A DNA stretch of 64,000 nucleotides from Octopus bimaculoides (GCF_001194135.2 NC_068989.1:91982331-92046330); one strand, 5' to 3'. Positions 1 through 11,351 are shown, counted from the stretch's first letter. Numbers and translations: made by a program. Notes: generated by a model not told the origin, from the letters alone.

Positions 1-28
1 GCTCGTCGCCGTAACCGACGGAGTACCA
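1..28 (+). mobile_element. 3' end of tRNA-derived SINE, family B
   Basis: ctcgtcgccgtaaccgacggagtacca matches the 3' end of the copy at 22532-22880 (cccatcgttgtaaccgacggagtgcca). Confidence 0.75.
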
Positions 29-724
29 GTTATTACAATACATTTTATTTTTGCTTTTAAGCTACTCTAAAACGTGATTTTGTTCCAAATCTTATAATTT
101 CACAGTTTATTAAATTATTGCTTATTTACTTACAGAACCCGAAATTAGTTTTGGTAATAGTTCCGTTTTACCTGTCATCTCTTTTGCCGCCTTCCTAATT
201 AAAGTTCATTTATATCGATTCTAACTAAAATTTTCTTTTCGAGTTTTAAATCATAACTTTTAATGTAATATTTTGTTTCTGTATTTGGTTTGCAAGCTTC
301 TGGTTGTGAACTCTATGTTGAAACAGATTTTGTTTTTTTCTCAGGAGAGCCATTATGCCAATAACAGACACACGCTTTGCTTCTGTTTCACTTTGATTTG
401 TATTTGTTAATTGGTTTAATGTTTAACATGAACTCTACGCGTCAACAACACATGACGACTACCACTACAGTGTCCGCCCTATCCGTCACACTTCCTTTCC
501 CAGAAGGACGTTTGTCACATTTGGATGCAGAATGTTTGAGCCCCAAGCAGAAGCACTGCTTTGCATCTAAAACGTTCGGGTCGACCGTCTGATGTAGTCA
601 GCCTTCCTAAGAGTCGTGGTAGACTCAATTTTCTGATCCAGTTCAATCCATCCGAGATGCAATTCTCCTTAAGTACGAGTAATTAATTTAACCAATTCAA
701 CGATTTTTTTTATTTAGTCTTATC

Positions 725-1389
725 CTAGTGTTAGTACTTATTCTTACGGTCTCTGGGGCGAACAGATAAGTTACGGGGATGTAAACACACCAACACTGGT
801 TGTGAAGCGGTGGTGGGAACACAAGCACAGACACAAAGACACACAGACGTAGATAGACATACATACATACACGCACATGATATATATAATTGTTAAAAAA
901 AAATCCATATTTTGTGTGTATGTGTGTGTGTGTATTTATATATATATATATATATNNNNNNNNNNNNNNNNNNNNNNNNNNNNNNNNNNNNNNNNNNNNN
1001 NNNNNNNNNNNNNNNNNNNNNNNNNNNNNNNNNNNNNNNNNNNNNNNNNNNNNNNNNNNNNNNNNNNNNNNNNNNNNNNNNNNNNNNNNNNNNNNNNNNN
1101 NNNNNNNNNNNNNNNNNNNNNNNNNNNNNNNNNNNNNNNNNNNNNNNNNNNNNNNNNNNNNNNNNNNNNNNNNNNNNNNNNNNNNNNNNNNNNNNNNNNN
1201 ATATATATATATATATATATATATACTACGAGCTTCTTTCAGTTTCCGTCTACCAAATGTATTAATAAGGCTTTGATCGTCCCGAGGCTATAGTAGAAGA
1301 CACTTGCCCTAGTTGCCTCGCAGTGCAACTGAACCTGGAATCATTTGGATAGGAAGGCAACGTCTAACTGTACAGTGACGCCTGTCCCT
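725..1389 (-). mobile_element. SINE family A (tRNA head, internal microsatellite, conserved 3' body), gap inside
   Basis: Reverse complement of the family A head/body (ttctttcagtttccgtctaccaaat, agaagacacttgccc) and tail (ttacggggatgtaaacacaccaacac), shared with many copies in the window. Confidence 0.85.
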
Positions 1390-1584
1390 ATACAACTTCC
1401 CAGAAGACTTCAATTTTCTTTTCCTAATTAAACACATCTTTTGCATTAATTATCACTCCACGCCTTTGCCCTTCCCTACCAATCTGGAGCTAACTGACAT
1501 CCAATTAATTCACTCATGCTATAATCAGTTTACCTTTACACTTATCTGTCTAAGCGACACAATTTCAGATATTCAAATCGGAAA

Positions 1585-1642
1585 GCTTACGTTCAACTTG
1601 AACTTGCTTACGTTCAACTTGAACTTGCTTACGTTCAACTTG
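1585..1642 (+). repeat. 21-bp tandem repeat, about 2.7 copies
   Basis: Unit gcttacgttcaacttgaactt read directly at 1585, 1606 and (partial) 1627. Confidence 0.9.
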
Positions 1643-2263
1643 CTCTTTGATATTTTTTGACTTTTCCGTTTTTTGTCTTCATCTCACATCTTACACCCCC
1701 AGCGAATCTTCATATCCCCCTCCATCTCTTCTTCTTCTTCTTCTTCTTCTCCTTACCTCCTTCCTCTCCTTCCGTAGTTCTCAATCATTTCTTTTTATCT
1801 ATCAACCCCTTTGATTACTATTGAATTCTGGTAGACTTCCATATCCGTTCAGTGTTTATAAACTAATTTTATAGAAACTTTTATCAAAATTCCTATTTTG
1901 TTTTTCAGATTTTAACTTGTGTAGGTACAACTATGTAAAATGTCAGAGAAAAATAAAACTGGAGATGCTTCTTGAAATAAATCTATCTAAAGCAAGATAT
2001 TTTAAATAGATCCTTAATATAACTCTGAGGGTCACCATTTTATTATTTTGCTTGCGTGGATCCCAACAGATCTTACACAGACCACGGTTGAGAAGCCGTA
2101 TCGACTCAACTTTTTCCATTCCTTGTCTTCTTGGCCTCTTTATTTGTCTTCTCCGTTTTTCCTCTCTCATTATCATCAGGCTTCTGAAACCGTTAACCTA
2201 TTGTGTGCTGTAGACACCAACTTGAAATTTCTTTTTCACATAATTTAATTACAGAAGTGTTTA

Positions 2264-2304
2264 GGCGCAGGAGTGGCCGTGTGGTGGCGCAGGAACTTGC
2301 TTAC
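2264..2304 (+). mobile_element. 5' head of a family A SINE, split by two insertions (body resumes at 6109)
   Basis: ggcgcaggagtggccgtgtggt...aggaacttgcttac matches the uninterrupted head at 24874 (ggcgcagaagtggctgtgtggtacgtaccttgcttaccaactac). Confidence 0.85.
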
Positions 2305-3518
2305 GATCGGCGCATGCGTCGCTAGTTAGTCTGTTGCTTACAGAGAGAGAGATGACGCAAGTTTCGGCTCCTTAATAGAAAAAAAGAACAACAAAACTAA
2401 AGTTCGGAAGGTGAGTCGTTTTTTTTGTCTTCCGAGCTGGGCGCGAATTTATTGTGCTTTCTTTTTTTCAGTAAGTTCCTGCCTAGCTCTGGGGCAATCT
2501 CGTCTGCCTTAGAGGTTTTAAATTGTAGCTCGCTTTAGCATGCAAAAATATTGTGTTCCTCGTTATTGGATGACGTGTTCGAGCCGCCATAACGGCAGAC
2601 TGAGAATTTTGTTGAAAACTTTTTATTGATTAAAATTCTGTGCGGCGTTTTTTCGCCAAATAACCTGTGCATTCTGGTAGGGGTGTTTGGCCGGAAAATT
2701 TGTACTCTGTGAATTTTACTCTGTGGAGTTTATCTAAACTGGGGTACAAACGGGAAGAACCCTGACTATTGGATTTACCTGGCTGAAGTATTATACAGAG
2801 CCAAGGATTGCCTGTCTGTTGTATTTAAGAACATTGTTTTCTTTTTATTTTTATTTTTCCCCTCCTCCTATTTTTTCTTTCTTTCTAAATTTCAGTTCCC
2901 TCTTCTGTTTCTCATTATTTAAATTTCTGTTTCAAGAACCGACCCTCACCCCCGAAGATGAAGAATTATCTTTTTCTACAAGGGCGGGGAGGTGGAAAAA
3001 TAGTAGAACATAAAGAGACAGTAGATATGGCCTGCACACGGGATCCCGAATAGCTTCCGAAGATAGCTGTGGAGGTCATAAGGTGTGAGAAAAGCGGAGA
3101 ATACTTAAAGAGGATTGTCGGATATGGTCGGTTGACCCCAACATGACATATGCCTCGTACATGAATGAGAACTCAAGCGGCACTGAAGATAATGATAGAT
3201 ATGTTGATGGATATATCGATGAATAAGAGGTGAAAAAGCCTCCTTAAGAGGTTTGAAACCCCTTCTTATTTTTTTTATTTGTAGTGGTTTAAAACCTTAA
3301 TTGTGTTTTTTAAAAAAATGCTAAGAGGTTTTAGTGCCTCCTTTTTGTAAGAGGTTTGAAACCTCATATTGATTTTTAAAAAAAATAGAATATATGTTTT
3401 TTGAGAAAAACCCAATCGTCTCTCAGTTATTCATTGTATGTCATTTCATTTTCATACATTGTGTTGTTCAGCCCGTAGCCAGTCTGTATATTGCTTTATT
3501 GCAAATATAATGAAATAG
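2305..3518 (+). mobile_element. Non-autonomous non-LTR-type element E1 (internally deleted, RT-less)
   Basis: Colinear with E2 at the 5' end (cgcatgcgt...ctgttgctt), the 5'UTR block (cgtgttcgagccgccataacgg...gactgagaattttgttgaa), the ORF1 C-terminal block (cacgggatcccgaa...agatagctgtggagg) and the 3' end (gcaaatataatgaaata). Bounded by 14-bp repeats at 2291 and 3519. Confidence 0.8.
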
Positions 3519-3647
3519 AGTAGCTTGCTTATGAACGACGCATGCGTTGTGAGTTGGTTTGTTGCTTCCAAAGTGGAAAGACGTGAGTTTTTAGCTCAGC
3601 CAAATGAAAGAAAAAAAAAATAACAAAGTCGTTAAGGTAGGCCTTTT

Positions 3648-3945
3648 GGATCTTTTTTAAAACGGGGGCCACATTTTTCATTAACGAAACACTTTGAAAC
3701 TTGGAACACTGGTAGAATGTGTCATATAAAACATCTTTTTCTCTTAGTCTTCTTAAAAAAAAAGGAAATCCATAAATTATTCCATGTTAAAGTTGTATTT
3801 CTGTAATTTCAACCAATCACTGACGTCCATTCAGCCGATATACATTAAGTGCCGACTACATAAACAAACGATTCTGAAACAATTAACCCTAACCCTAACT
3901 CTAACCCTAGGGTTAGGGTTAAAGCAAATTTAAAATGAAAAAAGC
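3648..3945 (-). mobile_element. MITE nested in E2 (same family as 19081-19634), runs into a gap
   Basis: Nearly identical to the reverse complement of about 19340-19634, starting with TIR ggatcttttttaaaacgggggccaca. Confidence 0.9.
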
Positions 3946-4989
3946 NNNNNNNNNNNNNNNNNNNNNNNNNNNNNNNNNNNNNNNNNNNNNNNNNNNNNNN
4001 NNNNNNNNNNNNNNNNNNNNNNNNNNNNNNNNNNNNNNNNNNNNNNNNNNNNNNNNNNNNNNNNNNNNNNNNNNNNNNNNNNNNNNNNNNNNNNNNNNNN
4101 NNNNNNNNNNNNNNNNNNNNNNNNNNNNNNNNNNNNNNNNNNNNNNNNNNNNNNNNNNNNNNNNNNNNNNNNNNNNNNNNNNNNNNNNNNNNNNNNNNNN
4201 NNNNNNNNNNTGCCTAGCACTGGAGGCAACTTCGTCTCCTGGTGGCGACTTCAAATTGTGGGTCGCTTCAGCGAGTAAACGTATCTTGCTTCTCGTTCGT
4301 CGTTATTGGTGGCCGTGTTCGAGCCGCCATAACGGTGGACTGAGAATTTTGTTGAATACTCTTTTTGAGTAAAATTCTGTGTGGCATTTTTTCGCCAAAT
4401 AACTTGTACATTTAGGTGGGCGTATTTCGCCAGATAAATTTATACTGTGTGGATTTTTCCTTGTGGAGTTTACCTAACTGGAGTACAAACGAGAAGAATC
4501 CTCACTATTGGATTTCCTTCGCTTTGAGCTGCGTGAATAAGAAAAATAAGAGACTGACTGCAGGTAAGATTTTTTTTTCTTAGTTTGGTTGGGATTTATT
4601 GTTGTGTTATTTTTAATAGATACCTGCTAAACTCGAAACATTTTTGTCTGCTTGTGGTGAGTCTAGTTGTAGTCACTTTTTAGTGAGTTAACAATTTTGG
4701 GGGTTTGTTTTGGTGGGCGTATCTCGCCACACAAATATTGTTTCTGTACCTTCTCTACTGAAATTCCTGCCTCGGAGTACCTGGTTTGCTGCAGTTCTGC
4801 TTGGGAATACCTGGTTTTGCTGTTGCTACCAAGTTCCAGTTTGGGTCAGGAGTACTTGTGGCCAGAAGAGTCTGTTCGTCGTATCTTTTTTTTGTTTTTT
4901 CTGAACTGTTTTCTCTTCTCCCGTTTACTTCAAAGACTTTCTTTTAACTATCTCTCTGAACTGTCTTTTGTTTTGTTTTTTTTCTAACA

Positions 4990-5900
4990 TGATGGACAAA
5001 AAGAACAAGAGAAGCACTGCTTAAACAGCAAGAGAAGACGGTGGTGTTGAGAAAGTTCTCGACGCCATTGCCGTTTTCTCCTAGCAGGAAATTGAAAAGG
5101 AGTTAGCAGACTGTCAACTGTGAAGTTTAATACCCGGGGTGTCGAATATGCAACGATTTGGTTGCTATTTGACACTCCAGAGGAGGCTTGTATTTTTGAG
5201 AGCCAGCCCCTGGAGAGCAATACAATTCTATGTCTTCCAATGTATTGTGGGAGGAAATTGACGAGGGCTTGGGTCTGCGGGCTGACACCCAATATAGAAG
5301 CAGGGTTGATACATGCCACTGTCTGCCAGTGTCTGGGTGGCAGCAGCGCCAAGCTCCTCAGTGTAAAGCTGTTACCTGTGGCTGATTGGTTGCTCACCGA
5401 AGGATTCTAGGGCAGAGTGAGGGGAGATGGATCTCCCGGTTACGGAGGAAACCTACCCTTCTTCAGTAAAAAAGAATAAAGAGGAAGAAAAGAAACGGGA
5501 CATTGCCGGAAGTCGGTAACACAATACCGACATATCCCAGAACTTCGTCGGTAGTAATTGTGCCATCGACGGTGGAAGGGATGACCCCGCTCCTTAAAGG
5601 AGAAGAATTATTAGTCTTCTACAGGGACGGGGAACTGAAAGTGGTGGAGAAGCACCAAGAGGGAGCAGTTCTGGCCGGCATACGGGATCCTGAATGACCT
5701 CCGCAGATAGCTGCGGAGGCCATAAAGGCGTCTGTGGTCCAAAGGCTGTAGGAACTCAGACAGGAGTATCGCTTATGGCCGGGTGGTACCGGTACGTCAC
5801 ACTCTTTATGCTTGAGTGAGTCGTGGGAAATGGCGGGGCACGGGGTCAGAAGCGATACTGAATTTGAAGATGTTGAAGAAGAGGACTACGGGCAATAGGT
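4990..5900 (+). pseudogene. Decayed ORF1-like (gag/RRM-type) frame of E2, frameshifted with stops
   Basis: Stitched peptides LKQQEKTVVLRKFSTPLPF / EIEKELADCQL*KFNTRGVEYATIWLLFDTPEEA...PMYCGRKLTRAWVCGLTPNIE...LLSVKLLP and MTPLLKGEELLVFYRDGELKVVEKHQEGAVLAGIRDPE*PPQIAAEAIK. Resemblance to L1/Tx1-group ORF1 is by recognition only. Confidence 0.55.
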
Positions 5901-6108
5901 AGGAAAACCTCGTCATTGTAAAATGATTAGAGGTTTGAAACCTAGTGCTGTTTATTCTAAAAAAGAACATTTTTTTTTGTGGAGACGGCGGTCGGTGGGC
6001 GCGGTTCGTTTCCCTCATTAATATTTTTATATTCATTTCATCCCATTAATGTAAGAGTCCAGCCCGCAGTTACTCTGTCATACCGCTATGGCAAATTGTA
6101 TGAAATAA

Positions 6109-6247
6109 AGTAGCTTACTTCCCAACCACGTGGTTCCGGGTTCAGTCCCATTGCACGGCACCTTGTGCAAGTGTCTTCTTCTATAGCCTCGGGTCGACCA
6201 AAGCCTTGTGAGTGGATTTGGTAGTCGGAAACTGAAAGAAGCCAGTC

Positions 6248-6301
<54 letters not shown>

Positions 6302-6513
6302 TGGTGTATCTGTGTTTGTCCCCATCCAGCATCGCTTGACAACCGATGCTGGTGTGCTTACGTTCCCCTAATTTAACGGTTCTGCAAAAGACACCCATAA
6401 AATAAGTAGTAGGCTTGCAAAGAATAAGTCCTGCGGTCGATTTGCTCGATTAAAGGCTGTGCTCTAGCATGGCCGCAGTCGAATGACTGAAACAAGTAAA
6501 ATAATAAAAGAAT
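6109..6513 (+). mobile_element. Remainder of the split family A SINE (B box, body, tail)
   Basis: agtagcttacttcccaaccacgtggttccgggttcagtccca...gaatgactgaaacaagtaaa continues exactly where the head at 2264-2304 stops. Confidence 0.9.
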
Positions 6514-7357
6514 ACATCTTCATTTGTTCTTTTATTCTTTCATTAAAATCCATTCATAAACTAGAATTTCTAGTTCTTTCTACTCTAACGAACACTATTT
6601 ACTATATTTAGATTTAAAACAGTTATTAGTGCATCGTACGTAGTGTTACTATATCGTGTGAGGCAAAAATGCTGTTTTACATACGCAAAAAGAATGTCAT
6701 ATGAACGCACTGTGTTAAAAAGTATTTGTGAAAGGCAGACGAAAGTCGTTCTAGCATCAGCTGTTGAAATTGCTAGCTGACTTTTTTTTGTTAGATTGTA
6801 ACAGTAGCATATGCTCGTTGTCAAACGCATTCCAAGACGTGATATGTCGCCAACAATATAAAACTGCAAATAATCACGGATGTAGCAAATAGCTGCCAAG
6901 CTGAATCCGGATTCAAATAACCATTTGTATATCATACTGAATGTTAATACCTCGTAAATGGCAAAGGAGAAACTCGTAAATATGGTTTCGGATTTGTTGC
7001 CAGGAATATATGGGTGCGGGCATGAGTGTACGCACGAGCGAGCGTGAAGCTACGCGTCCTGGTCACTAGGATGTCGCAAGCACTATAGCAAGATCGGCAG
7101 CGCATTGTACTTTTGAACAAAGCACGTCATCTTATAGGTCTCCAACCCACACAGCTGTCGATCGGTCAACGTTCCTAGCTGGAGTTCCTAGCTTGGTGGG
7201 TGGCATCACTCGAAAGCTGAAACAATTCGAAGAGCATATTGTGAGCAATGCTCTGTATCACATCCGATAGCCTAGTCAAGGAGCAATATCTATCTATTTA
7301 TCTATCTCTCTATCTATCCATTTGTATGTGTGTGTGTGTGTAAGTATGTATGTATGT

Positions 7358-7410
<53 letters not shown>

Positions 7411-8694
7411 TGTATGGACGAAGCAAATATATCATTTCGTGGATCTTGAACTTTATATAATGCATGCATTGTTTCTTACAGTTGATAAATAGAAGAATGG
7501 CTCAACTGATATCTTAAATACTGTGACTTTCCTTTTTATTTTACATTTCCTCCCATCATCCGATGTTATTGTTAAAGATGACCTTAGGATGATGACTTGT
7601 GCTTAATATGTTGTTCAGCCTTTCTAGAGAGATTTATGATTAAAAGCATTTGAGCAAAAACCATTCTAACTCTCTTTCAGGCGCTGAACTACATTTTCCA
7701 ATGCATCCTATCTATATTTTGAGACAGTAGGGCGTGATTTAGAGAAGTTATGATGTTGCTACATATATAGAAGGTCGAATGATCATGAGGGGTTTCCAGC
7801 TGTCGATCGTCAGTGGAGTAGAGAAAGTGTGATGAAAAATTATTGCTGTGTGAATATAGGTTATATTTTCGCTTATATCAATGTTTCGCATGGCTGGTTA
7901 TGTGCTTAGCCTGTCTATAGACGGGGGAAATATTTTAATATATCAATTTATTATCCTGCCTCTATTTAGACATGGCTTTTGTATTTCATTCTAGTTTTTG
8001 AAGGGTTGACTGGGAATAAATTTCAGAGCCAATTCAATTACCAGATCTATTGTTTCGTAAGTTAAAATTTAATTTCTCTGTGGATGTGTAGGATTGAGTT
8101 AATTGTACATGTCTATTTTTCAACTAATTTATCGTTTTATAGAGCCATTTTTATGCCACCAGTCGATGGTATTTTAGTACTTTTATGAAGCGTTACCATT
8201 GGGAAGCCACAAATCAGGATTTCTACTGCTATTTAAAGATCCAATTTATGTTTCGTATTATTCATTATTTCCTTTCATGTTTTTGTATTTGCGCGTGTTT
8301 TGATACGTCTATAACTAAATTTTAAATTATTAGTTATTAAAGAAATTATGTATATATATATATATATATATATATGGCACAGGGAGAAATGTATTATATT
8401 ATTATTGCTAGGCTATTTATAGCGACAGTCTAGACGTTTCTAATTTTTGTTCCACCTATTCTTCTGTCTCAATGTTGTATCATTTTCATGTCTGTTTTTT
8501 TTTTGTCGTTCTTTCGTCTTGCATCAATATTTATTTTTTCATATGAAAAATGTTGTAGATGTGGAAATGTGTCATTCTTCGGGAATATTGTATTTCATAT
8601 TACATGATATTTTCTGTTATTTTTAAAATGGGACACATTCTAATTTAATAAAGAATTTATATTAGTTAGAGATAATGGAAAGTGTATACATACG

Positions 8695-8736
<42 letters not shown>

Positions 8737-8979
8737 AGTGTATACAATTTTATTTACATAAATACATATACTTCTGTGTATATGTGAGTTTGTGTGTATA
8801 ATTCAATTCGTCTTTCTATGTGGTTCTTAGAAACCATTAGGAATAACGTGACAATGGAAGTTATGCAATCTGGCGCCATGCAACTCCATGTTCTTGGATA
8901 TATTTTGGAATGTGGTATTCTGTATACTTATCATCCACTGAAATAAAACCCCCACTATTAAAAGTATACACACACACAC

Positions 8980-9010
<31 letters not shown>

Positions 9011-9017
9011 TGTGTGT

Positions 9018-9320
9018 GAAGGCGCGTGGCTTAGTGGTTAAGGTAATCAGCTCGCGGTCGTAGAGTTGCGTGTTCAAATCCCGGTGGCGCGTTGTGTCCT
9101 TGAGCAAGACACTTTATTTCACGGTGCTCCAGTCCACTCAGCTGGTAAAAATGAGTAGTACATGTATTTCAGAGGGCCAGCCCTGTCACACAGTGTCGCA
9201 CTGAATCTCCCTGAGAAATAAGTGAAGGAGTACTCGTGTCTGTGAAGTGCTCAGCCACTTGCACATTAATCTCACGAGCAAGCTGTTCCGATGATCGTAT
9301 CAACTGGAACCCTCCTCGTC
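9018..9320 (+). mobile_element. tRNA-derived SINE family B, near full length
   Basis: A box tggcttagtggt, B box gttcaaatcc, body ttgtgtccttgagcaagacactttatttcac, tail atcaactggaaccctc. Confidence 0.85.
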
Positions 9321-10108
9321 AAATGCTAATCTGGGAGGATACACGTGGAGTAGAAGTGTTGCTGAAGATGTGTGACGAAAGATTTACAGACAAAAGACAT
9401 AAGGTAAAATAAGAACAATAACATTCAAGTGAACAACGAATATATATAGTGAGTTTCTTTATTTGACAAGGAAAAATTGACCATCCCGAAATATAACTGC
9501 GCGTGTGTGTGCGTGCTCGTAGTGGGGAAATCTTAGGAGGCGTTGTTAGAGGGAGAAAAAAGAAAGGAAGAACAGAAATAAAGATAGGAAGATAAAAATA
9601 AGGAGAAAAGAATGAAACAAAGGGTTCATTTTCGGGGATAGTTGAAACTGATCATAGGTCAAAAAGTGAATTTTCTTTTAGTTATTCTATTTTTTGTCGG
9701 TTGTTATGTTACCCACCTGAAGAAAATAGAATTTATCAAATAGCTTTGGAAGGTTTTTAAATATGCGTGTGTTTCTCTGCGTGTTTAAGTGTGTGTTGGT
9801 TGCTTAAGTGAATTTTTCCAGTTATTTTAGTAAGAGTAATGAGAACATTATCAATAAGTTCCTGAGGTAATCTGATTTGCTTCATCCAGGAGAGTAAATT
9901 TTTAATTAGTATTTCTCGTGTGTTTATAAATACATCTTTTTAAAACGTTTAGTTAAGTAAGACTTTGCTGATAAAATGTAATTTCATTGCTTTTCTGGTA
10001 GTTTGGGTCATTCCTTGAACATTTGCAGAAGTGAAAGATCTTGTATCTGCTGGTTCCGGATATTTCCAGATGTTTAATCAGCAGAGCCAGGCGTAATTGA
10101 TTTGTTTG

Positions 10109-10195
10109 ATGTGTTTTCTCTGGATTCTTGTATGCTGGATTCCGTGCATGACGTTTGACACATTCTTGCCTGTCGGGAAACATGTGAGCTCCAAG
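10109..10195 (+). CDS. Candidate first coding exon with a signal-peptide-like N-terminus (MCFLWILVCWIPCMTFDTFLPVGKHVSSK)
   Basis: In-frame TAA five codons upstream of the ATG, 29 codons with a hydrophobic start, ends at AAG|GTAAGG (phase 0 donor), lies in non-repeat sequence. No downstream exon could be linked. Confidence 0.35.
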
Positions 10196-11179
10196 GTAAG
10201 GTCTTGTATCAATGTCTGTCTATACAAATATTCTCCTGCATAGACGAATGAGACCCTAAATAGGTTCTTAACGTCGAAATTGCAATAGAGATTTACCCTT
10301 TTATTTTCAAGTTGTAGATTCTATATGTCATGTTGCCCGCAGACTGCATTTATTGCGAGAAGATATGAGTGATAATAGTGGCTTTATAGTGGTTTTTGAC
10401 TGCTATTTCTAAACATGTACGAGTTCTTGAAACCCTCTTAGTTACATAATAAAAACTCTGTTTTATGATAACATGTTTGGCCATTGATATATTCATAAAT
10501 AATTATTAATTGTTTATGAAATATCCTCCGTAATGTATTATTACATTAATTTTTAATTATATGTGTGTGTGTGCGTGCGTGCGTGCGTGCGTGCGGGTAT
10601 GTATCTGTATATACTTACATTCACATAAACACAAGTGATTAATATATAGAATCACATATACATATGTTTAAGGGAGAAAAAGAAGGAAAGCAAGTAGTAG
10701 TAGTAGTGGTGGTGGTGTGGAAAGAACAAGTGAATATGTTGGTAATTACACCAAGATTCCAGTTTTAGTGACCTCAACCGTATTTAATGTAGATTGGTGC
10801 AAGCTTGTGCTTTGGTCAAGTAACTAGTACTTAATAAGACTGACCGCTGGCTTGGTTTCAATCTAGTTACTTCCATACTGTCCAGGAAACAACTTAATTA
10901 CAACAATGTTGCATCTAACAGATTTATCAACGAATATTCTTGACAGCAGTAATAGATTACGAGTGTGTCTATTTTCGGTACACGTTCTTCACTATTATGG
11001 CACGTTACACTGGAAAATATTCCTTGTCTTTAAGGCTGTAGTATGAAAAATAATTAGCACTGAATGGTTTTAGACTTAGATGAGAATTCCTCATTTATTC
11101 CTTACTCTTTCCCAATCTCTCTGAATCGCACACTTCTCTCTCTCTCTCATTCTCTCCCTTCTTTTATCTTTTTTTCTTT

Positions 11180-11351
11180 TTATTTCTTTCTGTCATTTGA
11201 CTGTGGCCATGCTGGAACACCGCCTTTAGTCCAACAAATCGACCCCAGAACATATTCTTTGCTAGCATTGTAGTTATTCTATTAGACCCTTTTGCTGAAC
11301 CACTAAGTTACGGGGTATAAACACACCAACATCAGTTGTCAAGCGATGGTG
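11180..11351 (-). mobile_element. SINE family A, 3' half
   Basis: gtcatttgactgtggccatgctggaacaccgcctttagtc...ttacggggtataaacacaccaacatc. Confidence 0.8.

Larger units (their letters stand above)
3533..6108 (+). mobile_element. Non-autonomous non-LTR-type element E2 with decayed ORF1-like frame and no RT
   Basis: Homologous to E1; contains a degraded reading frame at about 4990-5900; ends gcaaattgtatgaaataa; bounded by 14-bp repeats at 3519 and 6109; carries a nested MITE at 3648. Confidence 0.8.

Noticed and set aside
377-592. 71-aa ORF after a good splice acceptor at about 344
   Set aside because: Frames starting at the acceptor stop within 22 codons, there is no donor, and no homology is recognisable.
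3885-3920. Telomere or chromosome fusion site
   Set aside because: Only a few units, embedded in a MITE whose sister copy carries the same seed.
6585-6935. 116-aa hydrophobic minus-strand ORF
   Set aside because: No motif, no splice context and AT-rich composition; compatible with a chance ORF.
9018-9100. tRNA genes at SINE heads (also 22532, 50245, 52840)
   Set aside because: A and B boxes are present but there is no complete cloverleaf, and each continues into a SINE body.
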